Source: an uncultured Alphaproteobacteria bacterium
GTDB lineage: Bacteria > Pseudomonadota > Alphaproteobacteria > Rickettsiales > CAIJLX01
Reading direction: 5' to 3'
NCBI GenBank assembly: GCA_903821695.1
Contig: CAIJLX010000027.1
Coordinates: 1,006-65,005 of the forward strand
DNA length: 64,000 nucleotides
Every line of letters starts with the position of its first letter. Positions within the stretch are counted from its first letter, which is position 1. This document shows, piece by piece, positions 1 through 9,282 of the stretch. The position numbers and the translations under genes were made by a program. The notes under the pieces are model-generated. The model made no database searches. It was not told the DNA's origin and saw only the letters and a list, made by a program, of their open reading frames with translations.

Positions 1-279
1 GGTTTTGAACTCTAATTCATGCCAATTCGCCCATTTGAGGGGCACTTTATCATAATGGCCGGAGGTGGTAACGCTCATCGGGTTGAGGCGGAAAGAGAGC
101 AAAATGGCCTTCTTCACCCATTGGTTCACTTGCCAGCCTTCTGACGTTTTTTCCGCTACACGCAAGGTTCCGGCATCGAGCTCGCTCAGAATTCTTTCAA
201 CTTCCATGCGGATATCGCCTTTGCACTCAGCGGTGATCTGGTCTCTGATTTCCCATGCTTGTTCAATAACTTGTTGCAT
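1..279 (-). CDS. dapD: 2,3,4,5-tetrahydropyridine-2,6-dicarboxylate N-succinyltransferase, N-terminal 93 codons (gene runs off the left edge)
   Basis: Not in ORF track. My reverse-strand translation from the ATG at 279-277 gives MQQVIEQAWEIRDQITAECKGDIRMEVERILSELDAGTLRVAEKTSEGWQVNQWVKKAILLSFRLNPMSVTTSGHYDKVPLKWANWHELEFKT. The LDxGxLRVAEK...W.VNQW.KKAiLLsFR pattern is the DapD N-terminal domain. An AGAGGAAG Shine-Dalgarno lies just upstream. Confidence 0.85.
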   Translation of the reverse strand, partial: MQQVIEQAWEIRDQITAECKGDIRMEVERILSELDAGTLRVAEKTSEGWQVNQWVKKAILLSFRLNPMSVTTSGHYDKVPLKWANWHELEFKT

Positions 280-345
280 ATGCTTCCTCTGTTTATTCTG
301 GTTTTGCTGAACTTAAACCAAAATAAACCCATCGCAAGCACGGAA

Positions 346-1152
346 TTATCGCTGTGGTACGGAATTTTGCCGATCTTCAGCTATTTTTTCTTTAAAGGGG
401 CGAACTGACTGTTTATTAAGCTCCGCCAAGAGTGCGTCAAGTTTTGTAGCATCACCCGAAACAGTTACCCGGTAGGATTCAGGATGATATGGCTCGGTAG
501 TCCACTCTCCCTTGCTATTTTTGCGGGGTTTTGGATTATTCGGATCATAACGATTACCAAACTCATCTTTGGCGTAATCATGTCCTATATCCGTTTTTCC
601 GCCGTCTTTTGTTGCTATAGGCTCAATCTTCAGGTCATATTTCTTTAGTTCTATTGCCAGTCTAATAATGGTTTCTTTTCCGCCAATCTCACCCAAATTG
701 GCAGCAATACTGATGCGAATTGCGGGTGTTATATTTCCATTTTTATCTTTAAGCTCCATCTCCGCAAATTGTGCTTTATGCTTATTATTAAGTGGGAACT
801 TATAAGCACTGAGATCAATGCCAGGTGACGGAGCTGGGGCCATTGAAAAAGCTTTACCAGAATCTTTGTCAGAGTCCCCGAAATTGCCCGAATCTCCAAA
901 TGTATTTATTTCACGAGAATCGTCTAACACATGACCATTATTAGGACCAATTACACGAAGGTTATCTGTAGAATCACTAGGGCTTATTACTTTCAATGGA
1001 GGTTTACCGTTCACCTCTAAGTAACCGTTTTCCTTGGCTTTTTCTCGCAGCATCTGTGCAACTGTTGCATCTACTGCATCGCCACTTTTATTTTCTGGAA
1101 GGAACACATTCCTAACCCATGCCACAGTTTTAGTAAAAAAGCCCATATACAC
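346..1152 (-). CDS. hypothetical protein, 268 aa, hydrophilic, no recognisable family
   Basis: Long ORF directly upstream of dapD on the same strand. I recognise no catalytic or family motif. Two TTAA-N7-TTAA boxes lie within 90 nt upstream of its ATG. Confidence 0.6.
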   Translation of the reverse strand: MYMGFFTKTVAWVRNVFLPENKSGDAVDATVAQMLREKAKENGYLEVNGKPPLKVISPSDSTDNLRVIGPNNGHVLDDSREINTFGDSGNFGDSDKDSGKAFSMAPAPSPGIDLSAYKFPLNNKHKAQFAEMELKDKNGNITPAIRISIAANLGEIGGKETIIRLAIELKKYDLKIEPIATKDGGKTDIGHDYAKDEFGNRYDPNNPKPRKNSKGEWTTEPYHPESYRVTVSGDATKLDALLAELNKQSVRPFKEKIAEDRQNSVPQR

Positions 1153-1189
1153 CTCTTCTGGTTATTACGGTCATACTAGCTCAGAGTCG

Positions 1190-1204
1190 TTAATTAATCG
1201 TTAA
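1190..1204. promoter_or_regulatory. CtrA-type box TTAA-N7-TTAA (TTAATTAATCGTTAA)
   Basis: Exact match to the TTAA-N7-TTAA spacing in the divergent intergenic region, 38 nt from the ATG of the 268-aa ORF. Confidence 0.45.
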
Positions 1205-1223
1205 ACTCAAAAAATTGGGGTTG

Positions 1224-1238
1224 TTAACCTTTTGTTAA
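1224..1238. promoter_or_regulatory. CtrA-type box TTAA-N7-TTAA (TTAACCTTTTGTTAA)
   Basis: Second exact TTAA-N7-TTAA, 34 nt from the first box and 47 nt upstream of the lipoprotein ATG at 1285. Confidence 0.45.
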
Positions 1239-1284
1239 TACTTGAGGAGTACTCTCCCAGAAAAGGGTTAAACTCTACTGGAGC

Positions 1285-1842
1285 ATGTTTATGAAAAACA
1301 TCGTATTAACTGCCACCCTCTGTTTCGCACTGGTTGCGTGCTCGGGGAAAGAATCGGAAAAAATCGCCGCGATGCAGAAAAAAGATAAAAATCTTACCTG
1401 CCGCGAAGTGTTGCTGGAACAAAATGAGGCGGATTTTTATAAAACAACAGCCGAAAAAAATAAAAATCCGGATGTGAAAACATTGCTGATGCCGCTCGGA
1501 TATATTTCAACCTATATGAGCGCGGAAGATGCAGTGAGTGCTGCGAATGCACGGGTGGATTATCTTGCTCGTGTGTATGACATTATGGATTGCGATAATA
1601 AATTGGAAATGGCTGCTCGCAAAAATAAGCTCGTCACTCGCCAAATGGCAGAGACAATTGATAATAGCGATGACGGCACACCAAACCCAACGCCAGTGAT
1701 GCAGCAAGCCGCACAGCCTATGGTGCAAGCAGTTCCACAAGGCTATATGGTTCCAATGCAGCAACAGATGGTCGCTCGCCCACAACCGATGAGCTATCAG
1801 CCCGCACCGCAACCTGAGCAACAAGGCCCATCGTTTTATTAA
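1285..1842 (+). CDS. putative lipoprotein with Gln/Pro/Met-rich C-terminal tail
   Basis: N-terminus MFMKNIVLTATLCFALVAC|SGK has a signal peptide plus an LVAC lipobox. The C-terminal ~55 aa are low complexity (PVMQQAAQPMVQAVPQGYMVPMQQQMVARPQPMSYQPAPQPEQQ). No family recognised. Confidence 0.65.
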   Translation: MFMKNIVLTATLCFALVACSGKESEKIAAMQKKDKNLTCREVLLEQNEADFYKTTAEKNKNPDVKTLLMPLGYISTYMSAEDAVSAANARVDYLARVYDIMDCDNKLEMAARKNKLVTRQMAETIDNSDDGTPNPTPVMQQAAQPMVQAVPQGYMVPMQQQMVARPQPMSYQPAPQPEQQGPSFY

Positions 1843-1857
1843 CTATTAGAGGAAGAC

Positions 1858-2226
1858 ATGCCAAAACTTTTGGATCCAATACATCATGCAATAGTAAGGC
1901 AGCATGTTCAGCCTCTTGATTTTGCTGCGCTTACAACAGATGTTCCTGCAACTCCAGAGCGTATATTTTTCCATGCGCTGGCAATGAGAGATGCACTAGA
2001 GCCATGGGCTGATAAACTTAGAGACGGTGGCACACCAATTGTAAGGACAGGAACTCCTGAAGGTGATGCATATTATGCACTCGATCAAATCATGCGTACA
2101 GCTGACAGAACAGTAACTCTAGCGGATAAAGAGGCCTTGAGAGTGCAAGGGCTGGATAACATACCAACACCGGCCTGGCTTCAAACTGTCCGAAATCTTG
2201 CTGGCCAAGGCAATTCAAAATCATAG
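1858..2226 (+). CDS. hypothetical protein, 122 aa
   Basis: ORF starts 15 nt after the lipoprotein stop, preceded by GAGGAAG. No motif recognised. Confidence 0.5.
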   Translation: MPKLLDPIHHAIVRQHVQPLDFAALTTDVPATPERIFFHALAMRDALEPWADKLRDGGTPIVRTGTPEGDAYYALDQIMRTADRTVTLADKEALRVQGLDNIPTPAWLQTVRNLAGQGNSKS

Positions 2227-2372
2227 GCTGTTGTAGCAAAGTAGCTAGAAGCACAAGATCGGCATATTAACGTCTTCAATCTAACCTTTGTCATTCCCTT
2301 AGAATTCACTGCGTGTATTCAGGCGATGACGGGTAAACGAAATATCTTGTATGCAAGAAATTTTCAATCAGT

Positions 2373-4958
2373 ATGTGCGGCATGCAGCCGTCTTCCAACC
2401 CTCCGCATTTATTCCTAATTGATGGCTACGGCTTCGTTTTCCGGGCCTATCATGTATTGCCGCCGCTCACCAATTCCGCTGGAACACCAGTCGGTGCGGT
2501 GGTTGGCTTTTGCAACATGCTGCATAAATTATTAGACCGCATCCGCAGCCACGCCAAAGAGCATGATTTGTATTTGGCGGTTGTGCTCGACGCTGGCCAA
2601 AAAAACTTTCGTCATGATTTAGATACACGATACAAGGCCAACCGCCCACCAGCACCGGATGATTTAATTCCTCAATTTCCCCTCATCCGCGAAGCAACCC
2701 AAGCTTTTAATATAAGCGCTGTCGATGCTGTGGGTTTTGAGGCGGATGATATTATTGCGACTTATGCCAAACAAGCCTCGACCAAAGGCATGAAGGTGAC
2801 GATTGTCTCCTCTGATAAAGACCTGATGCAGCTCATCGATGAACAAGTCGAAATGTATGATCCGGTAAAAGACAAACGGATTGGCGCCAAGGAAGTCGAA
2901 GAAAAATTCGGCGTACCACCAGCTAAGGTGCAAGAAGTGCTGGCACTAATGGGTGATAGCTCCGATAACGTTCCCGGCGTTCCCGGCATCGGCCCAAAAA
3001 CCGCAGCAGAGCTTATTCAAACCTATGGTACATTAGAACATTTATATGAACGCATAGATGAAATAAAACAGGTCAAACGCAAGGAAACATTGGTCAACTC
3101 AAAAGCGGATGCCTTTCTCTCCCGCGAACTAGTCGGCCTATGCCTAACCGCTCCCGCGCCGCCATTAGAGGACATAAAATTTAATGCGATTGACCAACAA
3201 AAACTAACCCAATTTTTGCAACTACATGGGTTTACGAATTTGCTGAAGCGATTGGAGAAGGAGTGGGGTTTGCCTGCTTCTGCTACTTCAACTGCTGCAC
3301 CATTGCCAACAGCGCAGCCCGTAAAACAGGAAGAGGCGCCGGCCACCATCACGCCCCTCGCCTCACCCGAAGCATTGTGCAGCTGGCTTACACAACAAAA
3401 AGCGGAAATAATCGCCATTAGTCATGATGAGCGCACATTAACCGCCGCGATTAGCCCATCACAGGCGGCATCAATCACTTTAGGCAATGCGCTGAAGGAA
3501 GATCTCTTCGCGCAAACGGATGCAATTAGCTCTAGCCAATTAGGCCCTGTATTTCATGCGCTGTGTAAGCTGAATATTCCAATCGTGGGCTATAATGTAA
3601 AACCATGGCTACATCTTTGCCCAAGCCTCTATGTATTAGATATTGAGCTGATGCTTTATGCGCTGCAAGGCACCCCTCGCCCAGCAATATCGCTTGAAGC
3701 AACGTCGTTATTTTCGCTCTATCTCAACTGCCGCCAACAGATTGCCGAAAAACAACTGAACCGTATTTATTGGCGAATTGACCAGCCTGTACAAAAAGTA
3801 TTGGGCGCCATGGAAGTACGCGGCATTAAAGTTGATGCACGGTTTTTGCTAGGTCTCTCGCAACAATTTGGCAGCCGCATGGCAGCACTTGAGCAACAAA
3901 TTTATGCCGAAGCCAAAGGTGAATTTAATATCGGCAGCCCAAAACAGCTTGGCGAAGTATTATTCGAGCGCCTAGGTTTCGCCGGTGGCAAAAAATCTGC
4001 CAAGAGTGGTGCTTATGGAACGGATTCGGATGTGCTTGAAGCACTCGCCGAGCAAGGTCACAATATTGCAAAAAATGTATTGGAATGGCGTGGGCTTTCG
4101 AAACTCAAAAGTACCTATACCGATGCATTGCCGAAATCGATCAACAAACAAACTGGCCGTGTACACACCACCTTTAATCTCGCCCATACTTCAACCGGTC
4201 GCTTAAGCTCGATCGAGCCAAACTTGCAGAACATTCCTATCCGCAGCACTGAGGGCAAAGAAATCCGCAAAGCTTTCATCGCGGAAGAGGGTAATGTACT
4301 TATCTCGGCCGATTATTCCCAAATTGAATTGCGGTTGCTTGCGCACATGGCCGATATCCCGCCGCTCAAAACTGCTTTCCTAAACGGCATCGATATCCAC
4401 ACCCAAACCGCCGCTCAAGTATTCGGCTTAAAAACAGAAGACGTAACCTCTGCCCAACGCCGCAGTGCGAAGGCGATCAATTTCGGTATCATCTATGGCC
4501 AAAGCGCATTCGGACTTGCGGCGGGTTTAGGTATTGGGCGTGAAGAGGCGGGAGCTTATATTAAATCGTATTTCGAACAATTCCCCGGCATCCAAAAATA
4601 TATGGAGGTGACAAAAGCCTTTGCCCGCGAACATGGCTATGTCGAAACCTTACTCGGCCGCAAATGTTATACGCCGCTGATCCTGAACAAAAACGGCGGC
4701 TTGCGCCAGTTTGCAGAACGTGCAGCGATCAACGCTCCCCTACAAGGCACCGCCGCCGACATCATCAAAAAAGCGATGATCGAACTGCATGAGCTAGGGG
4801 TCAATTTATTACTGCAAGTGCACGATGAACTCATTATCGAATGCCCGGAAACAAAAGCCGAAGCCACCGCCGCCCTCGTCAAAAAAACAATGGAACATGC
4901 CGTAACACTTTCCGTGCCGCTTACCGTTGATGTCAGCATTGGCAAAACGTGGGAATGA
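2373..4958 (+). CDS. polA: DNA polymerase I
   Basis: The 5' nuclease N-terminus (LIDGYGFVFRAYH, GDSSDNVPGVPGIGPKTA) and polymerase motifs (DYSQIELR, RRSAKAINFGIIYG, QVHDEL) are all present. The central 3'-5' exonuclease motifs look degenerate (see findings). Confidence 0.95.
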   Translation: MCGMQPSSNPPHLFLIDGYGFVFRAYHVLPPLTNSAGTPVGAVVGFCNMLHKLLDRIRSHAKEHDLYLAVVLDAGQKNFRHDLDTRYKANRPPAPDDLIPQFPLIREATQAFNISAVDAVGFEADDIIATYAKQASTKGMKVTIVSSDKDLMQLIDEQVEMYDPVKDKRIGAKEVEEKFGVPPAKVQEVLALMGDSSDNVPGVPGIGPKTAAELIQTYGTLEHLYERIDEIKQVKRKETLVNSKADAFLSRELVGLCLTAPAPPLEDIKFNAIDQQKLTQFLQLHGFTNLLKRLEKEWGLPASATSTAAPLPTAQPVKQEEAPATITPLASPEALCSWLTQQKAEIIAISHDERTLTAAISPSQAASITLGNALKEDLFAQTDAISSSQLGPVFHALCKLNIPIVGYNVKPWLHLCPSLYVLDIELMLYALQGTPRPAISLEATSLFSLYLNCRQQIAEKQLNRIYWRIDQPVQKVLGAMEVRGIKVDARFLLGLSQQFGSRMAALEQQIYAEAKGEFNIGSPKQLGEVLFERLGFAGGKKSAKSGAYGTDSDVLEALAEQGHNIAKNVLEWRGLSKLKSTYTDALPKSINKQTGRVHTTFNLAHTSTGRLSSIEPNLQNIPIRSTEGKEIRKAFIAEEGNVLISADYSQIELRLLAHMADIPPLKTAFLNGIDIHTQTAAQVFGLKTEDVTSAQRRSAKAINFGIIYGQSAFGLAAGLGIGREEAGAYIKSYFEQFPGIQKYMEVTKAFAREHGYVETLLGRKCYTPLILNKNGGLRQFAERAAINAPLQGTAADIIKKAMIELHELGVNLLLQVHDELIIECPETKAEATAALVKKTMEHAVTLSVPLTVDVSIGKTWE

Positions 4959-5020
4959 TTTATTGCATCTTGTACTCAACTGGCTATGTTGATCAGGCTT
5001 TTTAATTTAGGAGATACTTT

Positions 5021-5401
5021 ATGACAGATTTATTATCATTCTTCACACCTGCAATGGCGCAAGATGCTGCCGGAGTTGCAACCACCAGCCAATCTAGCTT
5101 CGCCAGCTTCATCCCATTGGTGTTGATGCTTGGCGTATTTTATTTTCTGCTCATCCGCCCACAGCAGAAAAAAATGAAAGAACATAAACAGATGGTGGAA
5201 GCATTGCGCCGTGGCGATAAGGTAATTACCTCTTCCGGCATTATGGGCACCGTGAACAAAATTGAGACCGAAACAGGTTTGGTCCATCTCGAAATTGCAC
5301 CTGATGTCGTGATCAAAATTGTTAAATCTGCAGTCACCGAAGTCACTACGAAGCCAGTGCCAGCGGTTGAGAAAAAAGAAGACAAAAAATCTAAGAAATA
5401 A
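5021..5401 (+). CDS. yajC: preprotein translocase subunit YajC
   Basis: A single TM followed by LIRPQQKKMKEHKQMVEALRRGDKVITSSGIMGTV, the typical YajC core. Located upstream of secD. AGGAG SD present. Confidence 0.9.
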   Translation: MTDLLSFFTPAMAQDAAGVATTSQSSFASFIPLVLMLGVFYFLLIRPQQKKMKEHKQMVEALRRGDKVITSSGIMGTVNKIETETGLVHLEIAPDVVIKIVKSAVTEVTTKPVPAVEKKEDKKSKK

Positions 5402-5406
5402 ATTCG

Positions 5407-6942
5407 ATGCTCGATTACCCGCTTTGGAAAAAACTATTGGTACTCGCGGTTTCCGTGTGGTCCATTCTCTATAGTGCTGTCAATTTCCAAGCGCCGGGTG
5501 AAGGGTTTATTTCGCAGCGGATTAATCTAGGCCTCGACCTTAAAGGCGGCTCCTATTTGATGCTCGAGTTGGGGACTGATAGTTACCTTAAAGAGCAGCT
5601 GCAAAACATGCTCGAAGAAGTACGTGGCGCGGCTCGCAAAGAAAAGTTAGGTTATCAAAACCTGCGTGTCGAAGGCGAAACCGTTGCGCTTAACCTGCGT
5701 GATCAGAACGATGAAGAGAAGATGATTGCTGCTCTTCGTTCCATCTCGCGTGATTGGAATATCGAGAGCAAACAAGGCATCGTGCGGATGAGCTTCTACC
5801 CAGAATACCGCAAACAATTGCTCAAAAAAGTGCTTGAGCAGTCGATCGAGATCGTCCGCCGACGCGTTGACCAAACAGGTACACGCGAACCAATTATCCA
5901 GCGCCAGGGCGAGAACCGGATTCTACTGCAAGTGCCAGGCTTGCGCGATACGGAAAGCCTCAAGCGGATGCTCGGTACAACTGCGAAAATGACTTTCCAT
6001 TTGATGGATGAGGCAGAGCCATTCCCTGCCGCGCAACGCGCTGTCTCGCCTGAAAATTCTCTGCTCAAAGATGAGAAGGGTCAATTTTATAACATCGTCA
6101 AGACCAGTATCTTGACCGGTGACATGCTCGTCGATGCACAGGCAGGCTTCGATCAATCTTCGCGGCCCGTCGTAAATTTCCGCTTCAACAGCATCGGTGC
6201 TAAAAAATTCTCAGATGTGACCCGCGAAAATACCGGCAAGCCATTTGCGATTGTACTCGATGACCGCGTGATTACGGCACCACGTATCAATGAGCCGATC
6301 ACGGGTGGCTCGGGCATGATCTCGGGCAGCTTCACCGCCGAATCCGCAAACGAGCTTGCATTGTTATTACGCGCTGGCGCATTGCCTGCTCCATTGCTCG
6401 TTGTCGAAGAACGTTCCGTTGGCCCAAGCCTGGGTCAAGATTCGATCGACTCTGGTGTAAATGCCGTGTTCCTCGGTGCTGCGTTGGTCATGGGCTTTAT
6501 GTTTGTGAGCTATCTCCTGTTCGGTCTATTTGCCAACATTGCCCTGGTGATTAACCTCACCTTGGTGGTCGCCTGCCTCACCCTTTTCGGCGCCACACTC
6601 ACCATGCCTGGCATTGCTGGTATGGTGTTGATGCTTGGAATGTCGGTAGATGCGAACGTACTTATTTTTGAGCGCATACGCGAAGAAGTGAATAATGGCA
6701 GGTCGCCAATGGCTGCCGTTGACCATGGCTTCCAAAGAGCGTTCGGCACCATTCTTGATTCGCACATGACCGGGCTTATTTCGGCGTTCTTGCTGTATAT
6801 TTTTGGCGCAGGGCCGATCAAAGGTTTCGCGGTCACACTTTCGATTGGTATCGTGACATCGCTGTTTTCCGCGATCATGGTGACACGGATGTTGATCGTG
6901 ATGTATCTGCGCAAAACGAAACCTAAAACTATCCGGATTTAA
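5407..6942 (+). CDS. secD: protein translocase subunit SecD
   Basis: N-terminal TM, a large periplasmic domain, then a C-terminal 5-TM block (GPSLGQDSI..., MPGIAGMVLMLGMSVDANVLIFERIREE). This is SecD only; no secF follows. Confidence 0.9.
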   Translation: MLDYPLWKKLLVLAVSVWSILYSAVNFQAPGEGFISQRINLGLDLKGGSYLMLELGTDSYLKEQLQNMLEEVRGAARKEKLGYQNLRVEGETVALNLRDQNDEEKMIAALRSISRDWNIESKQGIVRMSFYPEYRKQLLKKVLEQSIEIVRRRVDQTGTREPIIQRQGENRILLQVPGLRDTESLKRMLGTTAKMTFHLMDEAEPFPAAQRAVSPENSLLKDEKGQFYNIVKTSILTGDMLVDAQAGFDQSSRPVVNFRFNSIGAKKFSDVTRENTGKPFAIVLDDRVITAPRINEPITGGSGMISGSFTAESANELALLLRAGALPAPLLVVEERSVGPSLGQDSIDSGVNAVFLGAALVMGFMFVSYLLFGLFANIALVINLTLVVACLTLFGATLTMPGIAGMVLMLGMSVDANVLIFERIREEVNNGRSPMAAVDHGFQRAFGTILDSHMTGLISAFLLYIFGAGPIKGFAVTLSIGIVTSLFSAIMVTRMLIVMYLRKTKPKTIRI

Positions 6943-7316
6943 TGGATATAACCCCGCTTATTAAGGGCGACCGAAAGATCATTAACTCCTACGGTGCCGA
7001 GCGTTTCATCATCAGTGGCCACGAATATAAAAGCTCGATTATTCTGATGCCGGGCGCAGTATCGACTTGGGAAAATATCACTCCCTTTGTGTGGTCCGAT
7101 GAATTAGTAGAAATATTGATCAACGCTATTCCCGGCACTGAAATTTTACTAGTCGGCACGGGCCAAAAAATAGTGCCGATCCCAACCCGCCTACGTCAAT
7201 ATTTCCGCACTAAAAATATACATGCTGATGTGATGGATACAGGCGCTGCCTGTCGAACCTATAACGTATTGCTCTCTGAAGAACGCCGAGTCGCGGCTGC
7301 GTTGCAGTTGGTTTAA
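6942..7316 (+). CDS. Mth938-like / DUF498 (NDUFAF3-family) protein
   Basis: ILLVGTGQKIVPIPTRLRQYFRTKNIHADVMDTGAACRTYNVLLSEERRVAAAL matches the conserved Mth938-domain core. One-nt overlap with the secD stop. Confidence 0.8.
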   Translation: MDITPLIKGDRKIINSYGAERFIISGHEYKSSIILMPGAVSTWENITPFVWSDELVEILINAIPGTEILLVGTGQKIVPIPTRLRQYFRTKNIHADVMDTGAACRTYNVLLSEERRVAAALQLV

Positions 7317-8626
7317 GCCTTTTTAAACTCAGCGCCGATGCCTGCCATCAGTTCCATGAAATTCGGGAAGCTGGTGTTGATCATGCTTACGTCATCTACC
7401 CCGACTGGCTTTTTAGCAACCATACCCAGAATTAAAAAGCTCATCGCAATCCGGTGATCGAAATGGGTTTCAACCAACCCGCCACCAGTTGCTTTGCCGC
7501 CCGTAACGGTGAGCGTATCGCCTTCAATTTTATGCGTCACGCCATTGGCCTCAAGCCCCGCCGCAACGGCCGCCAAGCGATCACTTTCTTTTACCCGTAA
7601 TTCCTCCAGCCCTTCCATGATGGTATCGCCTTCCGCCATCGCCGCAGCAATAGCAAGAATTGGATATTCATCAATCATCGAAGGTGCACGCGAGGCTGGC
7701 ACTTTGATGCCTTTTAGCTTGCTCGAGCGCACACGGATATCGGCCACCAATTCGCCCGCTACTTCAGTTTTATTTTTAAATTCGATATCAGCGCCCATTT
7801 CCAGCAACGTCACATAAAGCCCAATCCGTAATGGATTAATGCAGATATTCGGCAGCGTTATATCAGAGCCTTTCGTAATCAGCGCCGCCACGATGGGGAA
7901 CGCTGCTGACGAAGGATCGCCGGGCACCGTCAGATCAAATGCTTTCAATTCCGGTTGACCTTTGAGCGTAATGGAATGCTCACCCGATTCCACTTCTACG
8001 CCAAGATATTTCAACATCCGCTCCGTATGATCGCGTGTGGCAATCGGTTCGACCACGGTTGTTTTTCCGGCGATGTTTAGTGCGGCCAATAGAATAGCGG
8101 ATTTCACCTGCGCGGAGGCTACCGGCAACGTATAATTTATGGGCAATGCTTCGCGTATACCGGTTACAGAGAGTGGCAATTTCTCGCCCGTATGCGATAA
8201 AAATTGTGCGCCAGATTGTGCGAGCGGAATAGTCACTCGGCTCATTGGGCGTTTGCGTAGGCTTTCGTCGCCGTTGAAAAAACTGGTGAAGGGATAGCTC
8301 GACACAAGGCCCATCATCAGCCGTGCGCCGGTTCCGGAATTTCCCATATAAAGCACATCGTTCGGCTCGGTTAAGCCGCCAGTGCCGACGCCGTCGATCC
8401 GCCAGATAGTGGCTTTGTTTTTGCCCTTGGTTTTGGTGATGTTCACGCCCATCGATTGCAGGGCTTGGGCGGTGTGGATTACATCTTCGCTTTCGAGCAG
8501 GCCGTGGATTTCGGAGGCGCCGTTTCCTTGGCTTCCGAAGATCAACGCACGGTGCGAAATGGATTTATCACCGGGGACGAGAAGTGTGCCTTTTAAGGCG
8601 GCAACTTTATGAGATGTGACTGACAT
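7313..8626 (-). CDS. aroA: 3-phosphoshikimate 1-carboxyvinyltransferase (EPSP synthase)
   Basis: LVPGDKSISHRALIFG, GNSGTGARLMMG, RVKESDR and FDHRIAMSF motifs. Confidence 0.93.
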   Translation of the reverse strand: MSVTSHKVAALKGTLLVPGDKSISHRALIFGSQGNGASEIHGLLESEDVIHTAQALQSMGVNITKTKGKNKATIWRIDGVGTGGLTEPNDVLYMGNSGTGARLMMGLVSSYPFTSFFNGDESLRKRPMSRVTIPLAQSGAQFLSHTGEKLPLSVTGIREALPINYTLPVASAQVKSAILLAALNIAGKTTVVEPIATRDHTERMLKYLGVEVESGEHSITLKGQPELKAFDLTVPGDPSSAAFPIVAALITKGSDITLPNICINPLRIGLYVTLLEMGADIEFKNKTEVAGELVADIRVRSSKLKGIKVPASRAPSMIDEYPILAIAAAMAEGDTIMEGLEELRVKESDRLAAVAAGLEANGVTHKIEGDTLTVTGGKATGGGLVETHFDHRIAMSFLILGMVAKKPVGVDDVSMINTSFPNFMELMAGIGAEFKKA

Positions 8627-8679
8627 GCGCCCTACATATCGCGTTTACTATAAATAGTCGATACTCTAGAAATATTTAT

Positions 8680-9282
8680 ATGTGGCTCTCTTTTTTCCTA
8701 TTCGAACTGCGCTCCACCGCCCGCCGTGGGGCAGATTTGCTGCAGGCCCCGCTGTTTCTGCTGATGGGCGCCATGTGCTTCCCACTCGCCGGAAACCCGC
8801 AAGCTGCCAGCCTTTATGCCACTAGCATTCTCTGGGTATTGCTGCTGCTCTCAAATTTCATGATGCTCCAAGGCATCTGGGATAAAGATGCGGATTCCGG
8901 CGGCCTGGAACAAATGCTCCTCTACCCCATCACAACCACCGATCTGATTTCCGCCAAATATCTCACCTTCTGGCTCTGCTATTCCCTACCAGCCCTCATC
9001 ATATTACCCGTCATCAGCCTATTGCTACAGCACAGCCTCCCAATACTCCCCATATTCCTTGGTAGCATATTATTCTCTGCCATCGGCTTCTTAGCCGCGA
9101 CCCTCACCATCAATCAAAACCAATCCCCCATCTTGCGCGCACTCTTGATCCTACCACTCTATATCCCGATATTAATCTTCGGCGCAGGTGGAAGCCTTCC
9201 AGTGTTAGCTGGATTAGTATTTCTATATATACCAATATGTTTAGGTTTTAGTGTGATAGCCGTGCGCGATCAAATAAGCTGA
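8680..9282 (+). CDS. ccmB: heme exporter protein CcmB
   Basis: Six-TM, ~200-aa protein with a CcmB-like N-terminus (FELRSTARRGADLLQAPLFLL) and LLILPLYIPILIFGAG. No ccmA or ccmC is adjacent. Confidence 0.7.
   Translation: MWLSFFLFELRSTARRGADLLQAPLFLLMGAMCFPLAGNPQAASLYATSILWVLLLLSNFMMLQGIWDKDADSGGLEQMLLYPITTTDLISAKYLTFWLCYSLPALIILPVISLLLQHSLPILPIFLGSILFSAIGFLAATLTINQNQSPILRALLILPLYIPILIFGAGGSLPVLAGLVFLYIPICLGFSVIAVRDQIS

Noticed and set aside
65-310. 81-aa plus-strand ORF at the left edge
   Set aside because: It is antisense to a clear DapD N-terminal coding sequence on the minus strand (1-279). It has no motif and Cys/Ser/Phe-rich junk-like composition.
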